From contig LUOR01000012.1 of the NCBI GenBank assembly GCA_001626925.1, forward strand, positions 856 through 64,855: 64,000 bases of DNA, given 5' to 3'. The translations under genes and the position numbers were made by a program. This document shows, piece by piece, positions 1-8,690 of this stretch. How positions within the stretch are numbered: position 1 is the first letter of the stretch; each line of letters opens with the position of its first letter. Origin of the DNA: Moraxellaceae bacterium REDSEA-S32_B1. GTDB taxonomy: Bacteria; Pseudomonadota; Gammaproteobacteria; Pseudomonadales; Moraxellaceae. Under the pieces are notes generated by a model. It saw only the letters and a program-made list of their open reading frames with translations, did not search any database and was not told where the DNA came from.

Positions 1-264
1 GAGGCTTTTTCTCAACTTGTTGATTATCATAGTGCTTTTAAGTCTGTCGCACCTCATGTTTGAATTCGCCCCTGTACCACGTGCTACACGAATTTTAAGC
101 GAATAGCTTTTGTATTCAATACGATGTAAAAAATAAAAACTACGCTCTTGATGCGTGCTAAATTTCTTAAATATAGAACTTCTGACATTCGGGTAAATTA
201 TCAAAGGATAATCATGTCGAGTACTCTGCATGGATTGCTTGTATTGATATTTCAGCTTTTTCAT
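1..264 (-). CDS. Hypothetical basic protein, partial (runs off window start)
   Basis: Manually translated open frame from ATG 264 (MKKLKYQYKQSMQSTRHDYPLIIYPNVRSS...) with AGGAGG SD 4 nt upstream; no stop before position 1. Not in the ORF track. Confidence 0.55.
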   Translation of the reverse strand, partial: MKKLKYQYKQSMQSTRHDYPLIIYPNVRSSIFKKFSTHQERSFYFLHRIEYKSYSLKIRVARGTGANSNMRCDRLKSTMIINKLRKSL

Positions 265-531
265 TGTTCCTCCTAGGTCACATTACCTAGAAGGGATCCT
301 CTGCAAAATAGTTCATTGTTTTTAATCCTGTGAATTAAAAATGAGCGTTTCAAAATAGCACAAAGGCGTATAAAATAAACTACTACATGATAGTACAATT
401 GCAATCAGTATCCACGATAGTAGCCGTAACATCGATTATTCACTATTGATCCAAAATTCGTAAAAGAAAGTCTGGCTTAATTTAAATAGCCCTTATTTGA
501 ATGCTATCTACTTCTTTATTTAAGGATTTTT

Positions 532-852
532 ATGAAGCACTTAGGATTTGTAGGAAAAAGTACTGAATATCTAGGATATACCCATGTTGAAATTATCAAT
601 AGCTCATTAGGCTTATCTTTCAATATACCCTCGACACATGACCTAGAAGAATCTTTTAAAAAGATGGTCGAAAACAACTACGACCTACTCATGGAAACAT
701 CAGTGGAAATTGTGTTCGATTTAAATATCGAAACGATAGAAAAGATAGAGGTCATCCTAAAAGAAAAAGAGATTGAATTTGATGAATTTGTTCAAAATTC
801 ACTGATCGAATTTATCAACCAAAATGAATTGGCTAAGCTTGATTCGCCATAG
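532..852 (+). CDS. HicB-like antitoxin, no adjacent hicA
   Basis: N-terminal pattern HLGFVG...HVEII...LSF...STHDLEESFKKMVE resembles the HicB toxin-binding domain; C-terminus resembles a ribbon-helix-helix. AAGGA SD. Confidence 0.5.
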   Translation: MKHLGFVGKSTEYLGYTHVEIINSSLGLSFNIPSTHDLEESFKKMVENNYDLLMETSVEIVFDLNIETIEKIEVILKEKEIEFDEFVQNSLIEFINQNELAKLDSP

Positions 853-863
853 GAGATCAATTC

Positions 864-1034
864 ATGATGAAAACCTTACAGGAATTATTGGCTAGTCGCC
901 CCCCAAAGCCCCAAGTCCGTATTCAACTCAGCAATGCCGAGTATGACCAATTTATTCGCACTTGTAATGTACAGCATATTCCCCCTACCCGATTAAAACA
1001 AGCGACACAACTTCTGGATAAAGAAGGATTTTAA
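864..1034 (+). CDS. 56-aa DUF1778/TacA-like protein lacking the RHH domain
   Basis: Manual translation MMKTLQELLASRPPKPQVRIQLSNAEYDQFIRTCNVQHIPPTRLKQATQLLDKEGF*; AGGAG SD at 851-855. The I-x-LS-x-x-E-Y-x-x-F...PP-x-x-L-x-x-A pattern resembles the DUF1778 C-terminus. Confidence 0.55.
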   Translation: MMKTLQELLASRPPKPQVRIQLSNAEYDQFIRTCNVQHIPPTRLKQATQLLDKEGF

Positions 1035-1155
1035 AATGGCGGATTCAAGCAGCAACTGCAGCTTTGATTCGTATCGATTTTCATACCGTTGTTAATTTTG
1101 CACCAACCTAAGTTTAGACACTATTTCTTCTTAAGAATGGATACTTACAATTTAC

Positions 1156-1184
1156 TTGCTCAGTGTCACTTTGTGGCGTAAAAT
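1156..1184 (+). promoter_or_regulatory. Sigma70-type promoter of the TA pair
   Basis: TTGCTC-N17-TAAAAT; the spacer holds an imperfect palindrome TGTCAC-TTT-GTGGCG. Confidence 0.5.
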
Positions 1185-1211
1185 GGCATTGGTTGAATTA
1201 AGAGGTGTCAA

Positions 1212-1493
1212 ATGTCTACGCTAATAAAAAAAAGAGTCCAATATTCTGTGGATGAGGCTATTTCTGAATCTGCAGAGTACATCATCAAAAAAGTTGGGCT
1301 AACCCCTGCATCTGTTTTTAGCATGGTCATGGCTGAAATTGCTAGAACAGGTCGAATTCCTGTAAGTAATCAAATAAGTGATGAGGATTTTAATACAGCA
1401 CAACTCATCGCACTTAGCCATAATATTCCGAGTGTAAAAGTATCCAATACAAAATCTATTCAAGCATTTTTAGATGATGATGGTGGATACTAA
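1212..1493 (+). CDS. RelB/DinJ-family antitoxin
   Basis: RHH-like N-terminus (RVQYSVDEAISESAEYII..VGLTPASVF.MVMAEIARTGRIP); stop overlaps the toxin start (TAATG). Confidence 0.7.
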   Translation: MSTLIKKRVQYSVDEAISESAEYIIKKVGLTPASVFSMVMAEIARTGRIPVSNQISDEDFNTAQLIALSHNIPSVKVSNTKSIQAFLDDDGGY

Positions 1494-1813
1494 TGGCACA
1501 GGATGTGTATTGGGCTTACGTTGGTTTTACAGACATCGCAGAGGGTAAAACCCGTCCTGTTTTATATATTCGACAAACCCAAAAAGACTACATCGTATTC
1601 CGCTTAAGTAGTCAATATGACAATAAATCTGAATTTATTAAAAGTAAATATATTGAAATTATAGATTGGAAATCGGTTGGGCTCAGTAAAAAATCATGGA
1701 TTGATACTGTACAGACATATCAGTTGCCAATTGATAGGACAAAATTAACTTACATTGGTAAACTTTCTAAAAGTGACTATGAACGATTAATTAATCGTCT
1801 TAGCGACCAATAA
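1493..1813 (+). CDS. PemK/MazF-family toxin
   Basis: 106 aa with VYWAYV.F...EGKTRPVL motif and C-terminal IGKLS..D; coupled to the upstream antitoxin. Confidence 0.75.
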   Translation: MAQDVYWAYVGFTDIAEGKTRPVLYIRQTQKDYIVFRLSSQYDNKSEFIKSKYIEIIDWKSVGLSKKSWIDTVQTYQLPIDRTKLTYIGKLSKSDYERLINRLSDQ

Positions 1814-2055
1814 CTGTTTGTTCAAGTGAACACAGTACTTAATGATCATTTAAATAGAAATTCGCAATACACATATTTCCCATTGCATTTTCAGGGCTCC
1901 GCCAGTTAAAAATTGGCTACAAAAAGCAAATTTAGCCAAGAGTGAATATCGCAAATCAAGTTGTCTAAATTGTATCTAAGTGCCGTAAAATCATTGACTT
2001 AAAAAAACCGATTGTAGTCATGAAAACATTCAATGAGTAATTTATAGAATAATTC

Positions 2056-2071
2056 TGGACTAAAAAGTCCA
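2056..2071. promoter_or_regulatory. TetR operator 1 (TGGACT-N4-AGTCCA)
   Basis: Perfect 6-4-6 palindrome upstream of tetR, repeated upstream of nemA. Confidence 0.75.
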
Positions 2072-2108
2072 TAATTGATAATCTTATTACATCGAGAGGA
2101 TAACTGAA

Positions 2109-2690
2109 ATGGCTAGACCACGTGAATTTGATGAAAGAGAAGTATTGCTACAAGCAATGCGTGTATTTTGGAGTCAGGGCTATAAGTCCACTTCATTAAC
2201 AGATCTTTTAAAAGCAACTGGTCTAAGCAAAAGTAGTCTGTACGATACCTTTGGTAATAAGCGTGAGCTATTTCTTGCTGCATTTGAAATTTATCAGCAA
2301 GAACGCATGCGAATGCTCAATATTTATTTAACCAGTGAAGCGACAGCTTATGCGTCTATTTCAGCATTCTTCACTATGGTTTTAGAACATGCTCGTGCAG
2401 AAGAAAAACCCTTTGGATGTATGAGTTGTAATGAAGCTGTAGAGTTTGGTCCACATGATCTACAAGTTCAACAATTGATTGAACGTGATTTCTTGGGCAT
2501 CGAGAATGCGTTTATCGATGCGATTGAACGTGGAAAGATAGACGGTTCTATACCAGAATCGAAAGATGCGAAGAAAATAGCGCGTTTTTTAATGATTAAC
2601 CATCAAGGCTTACAGCTCATGGCGAGAGCAAATACTGAGATTGAAAGGCTTGAAGATGCATTAGGCATAATGCTTGAGGCATTACAGTAA
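2109..2690 (+). CDS. TetR/AcrR-family regulator, NemR-like
   Basis: MARPREFD...FWSQGY..TS...L..ATGLSKSSLY..FG.KRELF HTH; GC in the C-domain; adjacent to an OYE gene. Confidence 0.92.
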   Translation: MARPREFDEREVLLQAMRVFWSQGYKSTSLTDLLKATGLSKSSLYDTFGNKRELFLAAFEIYQQERMRMLNIYLTSEATAYASISAFFTMVLEHARAEEKPFGCMSCNEAVEFGPHDLQVQQLIERDFLGIENAFIDAIERGKIDGSIPESKDAKKIARFLMINHQGLQLMARANTEIERLEDALGIMLEALQ

Positions 2691-2716
2691 CCTGTTTCGG
2701 CGAGGTTATTTTTTTT
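2688..2716 (+). terminator. Probable intrinsic terminator after tetR
   Basis: TAACCT...AGGTTA stem followed by a T8 run. Confidence 0.55.
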
Positions 2717-2722
2717 AAAGTT

Positions 2723-2740
2723 TTGGACTATACAGTCCAA
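2723..2740. promoter_or_regulatory. TetR operator 2 (TTGGACT-N4-AGTCCAA)
   Basis: Perfect 7-4-7 palindrome 20 nt upstream of the nemA ATG. Confidence 0.75.
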
Positions 2741-2760
2741 TATTTAAAAAGGACAAGACA

Positions 2761-3837
2761 ATGACTGCAACTCAACTTTAAGAGATTTTTACACCAAAAC
2801 AAATTGGGGCGGTTCACCTAAAAAATCGAATGGTGATGGCTCCTTTAACACGTAGCCGTGCAAGTGAAGGTGATGTGCCTACCGACACGATGGTTGAATA
2901 TTACCGTCAACGTGCTACAGCAGGCTTGATCATTACCGAGGCTTCTCAGATTTCACCACAAGCCAAAGGTTATCCACGTACACCTGGTAACTATTCAGAT
3001 GCTCAAGTCGAGGGCTGGAAAAAAGTGACAGATGCTGTTCATGCTGAAGGTGGAAAGATCTTTCTCCAAATTTGGCATGTTGGTCGCTTATCTCACAGTT
3101 CAATCCAACCCAATAACGACCTTCCAGTCGCACCTTCTGCGATTAAAGCCAATGGCGACATTTTCACCTCAGAAGGTTTAAAACAGCTTGAAACGCCACG
3201 TGCTTTAACGCTTGAAGAAATTCCTGGTGTCGTTGAACAATTTAAACAAGCAGCCGTGAATGCAAAACGTGCAGGCTTTGATGGTGTTGAAATTCATGCA
3301 GCCAATGGTTACTTGATTGATCAATTCTTACGTAATGGCTCAAATACGCGTACAGATGCATATGGTGGCTCTATTGAAAACCGTGCACGTTTGTTGAAAG
3401 AAGTGGTTGAAGCTGTCGTTTCTGTACTTGGTTCAGCGCATGTTGGTGTACGTCTATCTCCAATCTTTGATGCTTTCTCAATGAGTGATAGCAACCCTCA
3501 AGCAACTTTTAATTATGTCGCTGAAATGCTTAGCAAATACGACCTAGCGTATTTACATGCACTTCAACTAGGTAAGGGTGAGTTTGATTATATTCAACTT
3601 CGAAAAATATATGGCGGGAATTACATTGCAAATGGTGGCTATGATGCGCAGCGTGCAGAAGCTGCAATTGTAAATGGTGATACTGATCTTGTTTCCTTTG
3701 GTTCATTGTTCCTTGCCAATCCAGACCTACCTGAGCGGTTCAGTGTCGGTGCACCATTAAATCAACCTGATCGTGCAACGTTCTATCAGGGTGAAGAACG
3801 TGGATACACCGATTACCCAACATTAGATCAAAGCTAA
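2761..3837 (+). pseudogene. nemA: Old-yellow-enzyme alkene reductase with in-frame TAA at codon 7
   Basis: ATG 2761 (AAGGA SD) reads MTATQL*EIFTPKQIGAVHLKNRMVMAPLTR in frame with the 2830 ORF; OYE motifs MAPLTR, EIHAANGYLIDQFL and GYTDYP. Confidence 0.8.
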
Positions 3838-3905
3838 TAAAATTGAGATACATATTTTGAGTTAAACAGACTATGTACTCATATGAATCTTAAAGGAGCA
3901 CAATC

Positions 3906-4544
3906 ATGCAACCTAAAAATATACTCATCGTGGGCGTTGGCGGTTTAGGACAAAGTTTGGTTCAAGAATCCTTACTACGCGGACTATCGGTTTCAGTGTT
4001 AGTGAGAAATCGCTCAAAATTAGAAGCAGTGCTCGATGCTGCAACGTTATCAAAACTCACCAAAATTTTTGTTGGTGATGGTACAGATGCCAAAACTCTT
4101 GATGAAGCGATGCAAGGTATTGATGTAGTTTTGTCGGGTCGAGGTGCAGATCCGACCTTAGCAAAAGCACTAGCTGTTGCAGTTAAACGTAACGGAGTCG
4201 GAAAACTGACTTGGCCAGGCGGTACCACGAATGTTATGGCTGAAGATGGTATTACCCCAAACTATAAACAGCTCAAGCATTTAGGTAGTTGGGTTGAAGG
4301 CGCCTATAAAGTGCATGGCGCATCGATCGCTGCCATACAAAATGAACATATTAATTATGTGATCTTTTGCCCAGGGCGAATGCAAAGTGTTGGGAAACGA
4401 AATCCTGATGTCGCCTCGACTATTCGTATAAATCGTGATGCTGGACCATTTGTTTCCTATGAAGATGCAGCATGGGTCATACTCGAAGCAGCAACAACCA
4501 GTACTTATGATCACCAACTCATTAGTGCAGCAACCCAAGTTTAG
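3906..4544 (+). CDS. NAD(P)H-binding oxidoreductase (atypical SDR/NmrA-like)
   Basis: Rossmann motif ILIVGVGGLG; AAGGAG SD. Confidence 0.85.
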   Translation: MQPKNILIVGVGGLGQSLVQESLLRGLSVSVLVRNRSKLEAVLDAATLSKLTKIFVGDGTDAKTLDEAMQGIDVVLSGRGADPTLAKALAVAVKRNGVGKLTWPGGTTNVMAEDGITPNYKQLKHLGSWVEGAYKVHGASIAAIQNEHINYVIFCPGRMQSVGKRNPDVASTIRINRDAGPFVSYEDAAWVILEAATTSTYDHQLISAATQV

Positions 4545-4590
4545 TTATTCAAATATTCTCAAAGCAACATAATACACTTCATGTAAAACT

Positions 4591-4618
4591 AAAAATGGGA
4601 GTTTAAGCTCCCATTTTT
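4591..4618. terminator. Bidirectional terminator between cargo and integrase operon
   Basis: AAAAATGGGAG-N6-CTCCCATTTTT between convergent genes. Confidence 0.85.
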
Positions 4619-4641
4619 ATTGATGTTTTTTTTATGATATT

Positions 4642-4914
4642 TCAAATTATTTTGGCTAAGACCATAAATTGATGCCGAATAAAACTGATCAGATCCTCAA
4701 CGATATAGCTGTCTTTATACTGATCAATCATTGCTTGAATCCAAATACGCAACACCTGATGATCATTCATAAAGCATGCACCTTCCAGTAAAAATGCAAG
4801 ATTATTGACCGCTAAAATGTAAAACTCATCAATCAACTCTCGTGCAATTTGATCGGCGAGACGGCTTACCACCACATCATTGTAATATGATTTATCGAAA
4901 ATAGCATGACTCAT
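4642..4914 (-). CDS. Hypothetical protein coupled to the integrase
   Basis: 90 aa; ATGA 4-nt overlap with the integrase stop. Confidence 0.6.
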   Translation of the reverse strand: MSHAIFDKSYYNDVVVSRLADQIARELIDEFYILAVNNLAFLLEGACFMNDHQVLRIWIQAMIDQYKDSYIVEDLISFIRHQFMVLAKII

Positions 4915-6089
4915 GATATTTTCTCCAGATGATCAATTTCATTGAGCATTGCCTCAAAAGCACTACCATCTTGTCGTGTCATATTCGGAACATATCGGCT
5001 ATAAACTCGAAATAGCATCTCCGTGGTCGAGTGACCCAGTTGTCTTGCAATCCACTCTGGATTTTCTCCTGCCGACAGCCACAGCGTCGCAGCGGTATGC
5101 CGACTCTGATAGGCACGTCTAGGCTCAAGCCCCAAATACCTGAGCAAAGGATGCCAAACCCGTCGGTTCACTGCCCTATAATCCAGTGCCTTACCTTCTC
5201 GGTTGCAAAATACAAATTCTGAGCGTTTAAATGATCGTTGCTTTTGCTGAATGAATGCAAAATAAACTTGCGGACTCATTTGAATGGTTCGATTTGAGCC
5301 ATCTGTTTTGGTTGGCCCAAGAAGGCCATTTACTAAAGCCTCTTTAATGTAAATTTCCCGACGCTCAAAATTCACATTTTTCCATTTCAAACCATCCACT
5401 TCACTGGTACGCATACCCGTAAAGAAACGCACCGTGTAATAAGGTTTAAAGTCTTCACGAACAGTATTCAGAATGGCTTTGACCTCTGCAAGCGTAAATG
5501 GCATGACATCCGTTTTGGCTTCTTTAAGGTTCTTAATATTCTTAAACGGTGACTCAAAACCGTATCTTTCTGAGCCTTCATTGATTATCATACGAAGTAC
5601 TGTCATGATTTGATTGATCCGTGATGGTAGAAGGCATTTTTGTTTTTTTCCGTGCTCAACTTTGGCGAGGGAGGCACGAAAAGCAAGAATGCTTTCTTTA
5701 TTGATGTTGAGTAAAGCGATATGACCAAAATTTGGTTTCAAATATTTGTTCATGACAATATTCACTTTTTCCTTATAACTCGGTCGCCATTCAATCTCCT
5801 TTTCTGCAAACCAAATTTGATAAAACGTTTCAAATGTCGGTGTCTTTGTTTCAACCACGAGCTGTTGATTTCTTATCGACTCGATGACTTTCAGTTGCTT
5901 ACTTTTTGGAAAATATTTGGCGTAATCAAATATACCCAGCAAAATCTCAGCTTCAATACGTTCTAAAATCTTTGCCAATTTACCTCGGTTGGCTTGATTG
6001 TCCTTTAAGGACGTGACTTCTCGGCATCGTTTATTCAAATATCGAAAATCCACGTAAAGATGCCCATATCGACTTGTGATACTTCCCAT
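4911..6089 (-). CDS. Tyrosine recombinase/integrase with N-terminal arm-binding domain
   Basis: FFTGMRTSE (R), YQSRH, QLGH and YSRY (Y) motifs; N-terminal LYVDFRY...RCRE. Confidence 0.95.
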   Translation of the reverse strand: MGSITSRYGHLYVDFRYLNKRCREVTSLKDNQANRGKLAKILERIEAEILLGIFDYAKYFPKSKQLKVIESIRNQQLVVETKTPTFETFYQIWFAEKEIEWRPSYKEKVNIVMNKYLKPNFGHIALLNINKESILAFRASLAKVEHGKKQKCLLPSRINQIMTVLRMIINEGSERYGFESPFKNIKNLKEAKTDVMPFTLAEVKAILNTVREDFKPYYTVRFFTGMRTSEVDGLKWKNVNFERREIYIKEALVNGLLGPTKTDGSNRTIQMSPQVYFAFIQQKQRSFKRSEFVFCNREGKALDYRAVNRRVWHPLLRYLGLEPRRAYQSRHTAATLWLSAGENPEWIARQLGHSTTEMLFRVYSRYVPNMTRQDGSAFEAMLNEIDHLEKIS

Positions 6090-6101
6090 ATGATTTCTCT
6101 C

Positions 6102-6317
6102 CTATTGCAAACATAAACTACTTAGATTTGCCAATAATGGTTTGGCCATGTCCTCCTCGATACGCTCCCAAATGTATAAAATTTTACGTCCACCGAAAGG
6201 ACGAATATAGTGAACACCCTCGATCAAAACCGAATCCTTCAACTGATTACGAATAGTTCGTTCGTTGTAATGGATTCGCTCTGATAGCTCTTTGGTTGTC
6301 AGATAGGTCTGTGTCAT
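6102..6317 (-). CDS. Excisionase-like DNA-binding protein
   Basis: 71 aa YLTTKELSERIHYNERTIR wHTH pattern, directly upstream of int. Confidence 0.75.
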   Translation of the reverse strand: MTQTYLTTKELSERIHYNERTIRNQLKDSVLIEGVHYIRPFGGRKILYIWERIEEDMAKPLLANLSSLCLQ

Positions 6318-6432
6318 AATGTATTCCTGTAAAGTTGGATTGCATCAAATAAATATTTCATCTGATGTGTGTAATTTACCCTTGTATGTACATAAATGCA
6401 ATGATTTATTCATTGGATTAGAGGAATATATT

Positions 6433-6645
6433 GTGATTATTTGTAACTTACCTATTCTTTTAGCTGAACGAAGAATGAAGGTTTCTGATCTGATAAGAGG
6501 CACAGGGATCAATAAAACGACCCTGCATAAACTTTATAATGATGAGTTAACAAGAATTGATTTTGAAACAATCAATAGAATTTGCGACTTTCTAGACATA
6601 GATGTCGGAGATTTATTAAGCTTCAAAAAAAATTCTGAAGAATAA
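6433..6645 (+). CDS. Cro/C1 (XRE) HTH regulator divergent from xis-int
   Basis: GTG start with GAGGA SD; LLAERRMKVSDL...GINKTTLHKLY...TINRIC.FL..DVGDLL. Confidence 0.85.
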   Translation: MIICNLPILLAERRMKVSDLIRGTGINKTTLHKLYNDELTRIDFETINRICDFLDIDVGDLLSFKKNSEE

Positions 6646-6815
6646 TTTAGGCGTGATTTGACCAGCAAAAAAAGACGTGGACACTTTCAGTCAATTTTTG
6701 GTCACTTTTAGCCACTTTTTTCGAAATCAGGATACAGGGCTTGACTTTTTATAAAACTCAAAATTGAGAAAACCCGAGCAATCATCCGTTCTAAGTGATT
6801 GAAAATAGGCATAAA

Positions 6816-6845
6816 AAAAGCCCCAATCTTTTGATTAGGGCTTTT
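6816..6845 (-). terminator. tRNA-Gly terminator
   Basis: AAAAGCCC...GGGCTTTT stem immediately after the tRNA CCA. Confidence 0.8.
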
Positions 6846-6851
6846 AAAATT

Positions 6852-6927
<76 letters not shown>

Positions 6928-6939
6928 TTTGTGGACGCT

Positions 6940-6967
6940 ATTATAGTCATCATATTGTCACCGTCAA
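6940..6967 (-). promoter_or_regulatory. tRNA-Gly promoter
   Basis: TTGACG-N16-TATAAT followed by a GC-rich discriminator. Confidence 0.8.
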
Positions 6968-7152
6968 CAACTTTTTTATATTATTCAGCCGATTGACGAA
7001 TTTTTAGCACAACAGTTTAATTTCTATCAAATACCGCCTTCGAACCTATAATCAGTGCAATTTCATTTTGCTACAAGGCAACCAAGCGATGAGGTACATG
7101 TCGTACTTCGAGTGAGGTTAACGCAGTAGCAAAGTTAAAGTGCCTGATATAG

Positions 7153-8592
7153 TTAATCAACACGGCGCCAAGTCGTACCCTGTCGACTATCTTCAAGCAC
7201 GATACCTTGATCGAGTAAAGCCTGACGAATTGCATCTGCTTCAGCGAAATTTTTGGCTTTCTTGGCATTAGCACGGGCTTGAATCTGAGCTTCGACTTCG
7301 TCATTAGATAAGCTATTTTCTGCTCCCACGTCTGACTTTAAGAATTCATCAATATCATGCTGTGCAATATTAAGAATTTCACATAAGGTTTTCAGCGTTG
7401 CATATGCAGTCGCTGCTTGTTGCCATTCTTCAGCTTTGATCGCACGATTGGTTTCACGGCTCAGTTCGAACAAGATGGATAACGCTTCAGGTGTATTGAA
7501 GTCATCTGACATGGCTTTGACAAAGCGTTGATAGGCATCTGCACTTTGCACAGATTCGAGTTTAATCGAGGCTAAAATCTGCTGTACTTCATCGCTATTT
7601 TGCACCGCTTTATTGGTTTGGTAAAAGCGAGTTAAGGCGTTTTTAGCTTCTTTGAGCGCACTGTCTGAGAAATTGATCGGGCTGCGATAATGCGATGACA
7701 GGATAAAATAACGAATCACTTCAGGGTGAAATTTCTCCATCACATCACGAATGGTAAAGAAATTGCCCAATGATTTTGACATTTTCTCGCCATCGACATT
7801 GACGAAACCGACGTGCATCCAATAGTTGACATATTGCTCGCCCGTTGCACCTTCACTTTGAGCAATTTCATTTTCATGATGCGGGAAGATCAAATCGCCA
7901 CCGCCGCCATGAATATCAAAGTGATTACCTAGACAGCAAGTTGACATCGCAGAACATTCGATATGCCAACCTGGACGACCATTTCCCCATGGCGATTGCC
8001 AAGATGGCTCAGACGGTTTTGCCGATTTCCACAATACAAAGTCGAAAGGATGTTGCTTCTGCACTTCGACATCGACCCGCTCACTCGCCCCTGCTTGCAT
8101 ATCTTCGAGCTTACGACCTGAAAGACGACCGTATTTGGCGAATTTTTCTACTGCATAATAGACATCACCATTCGGTGCAGGATACGCCACATCATTGTCG
8201 ATGAGTTTGTTAATCATGTCTTGCATCTGCGGAATATAATCCGTAGCACGTGGGGATTGGTCAGGGTCAAGACAGCCGAGCGCATGCGCATCTTCATTCA
8301 TCGCCGTAATAAAGCGGTCGGTTAACTCGTTAATCGTTTCGCCATTTTCATTGGCACGTTTGATGATCTTGTCGTCAATGTCGGTGATGTTGCGAATATA
8401 GTTTACTTTCCAATTTTGACTGCGCAGGAAGCGTGTAATATAGTCAAATGCAACCATCACCCGAGCATGCCCAATATGACAGTAGTCATAGACCGTCATC
8501 CCGCAGACATAAAGGTTAATTTCGCCTTCACGTAGCGGTTGGAAAGGGGCTTTTTGACGTTGCTCAGAGTTATACAGGACAAATGGTTGCAT
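7153..8592 (-). CDS. cysS: Cysteine--tRNA ligase
   Basis: [27 protein letters not shown] and KMSKS motifs; start placed at MQPFVLYNS. Confidence 0.98.
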   Translation of the reverse strand: MQPFVLYNSEQRQKAPFQPLREGEINLYVCGMTVYDYCHIGHARVMVAFDYITRFLRSQNWKVNYIRNITDIDDKIIKRANENGETINELTDRFITAMNEDAHALGCLDPDQSPRATDYIPQMQDMINKLIDNDVAYPAPNGDVYYAVEKFAKYGRLSGRKLEDMQAGASERVDVEVQKQHPFDFVLWKSAKPSEPSWQSPWGNGRPGWHIECSAMSTCCLGNHFDIHGGGGDLIFPHHENEIAQSEGATGEQYVNYWMHVGFVNVDGEKMSKSLGNFFTIRDVMEKFHPEVIRYFILSSHYRSPINFSDSALKEAKNALTRFYQTNKAVQNSDEVQQILASIKLESVQSADAYQRFVKAMSDDFNTPEALSILFELSRETNRAIKAEEWQQAATAYATLKTLCEILNIAQHDIDEFLKSDVGAENSLSNDEVEAQIQARANAKKAKNFAEADAIRQALLDQGIVLEDSRQGTTWRRVD

Positions 8593-8690
8593 CGTAATGT
8601 TATGTCTAAAAAATGAATAGCGAATCATAACCTATTTCGTCTACCCTGAAAAAGCCATCCACGGAATTTTTAGCCGATAAGGAAAATAAA

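Larger units (their letters stand above)
1..6851. mobile_element. Right-hand part of an integrative element/genomic island adjacent to the tRNA-Gly 3' end; left end outside the window
   Basis: Integrase, excisionase and XRE regulator lie 200 bp from the tRNA 3' end. Cargo is TA-like and redox genes. No second copy of the tRNA 3' end was found in the window. Confidence 0.7.

Noticed and set aside
56-80. GTTTGAATTCGCCCCTGTACCA resembles a tRNA 3' end (possible att core)
   Set aside because: No pairable T-stem and no match to the tRNA-Gly or tRNA-Asn ends; it lies inside an open frame.
6319-6432. N-terminal extension of the XRE ORF in the ORF track
   Set aside because: It spans the divergent promoter; GTG 6433 has the SD and starts the HTH domain. 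Similar over-long starts were trimmed for cysS, yggS, rnfH, the DAG kinase, rodA, rlpA, olsB and dut.
1-6851. Second att copy of the tRNA-Gly 3' end
   Set aside because: No TGGAGCGGG copy found by eye, so the island's left boundary is not claimed.
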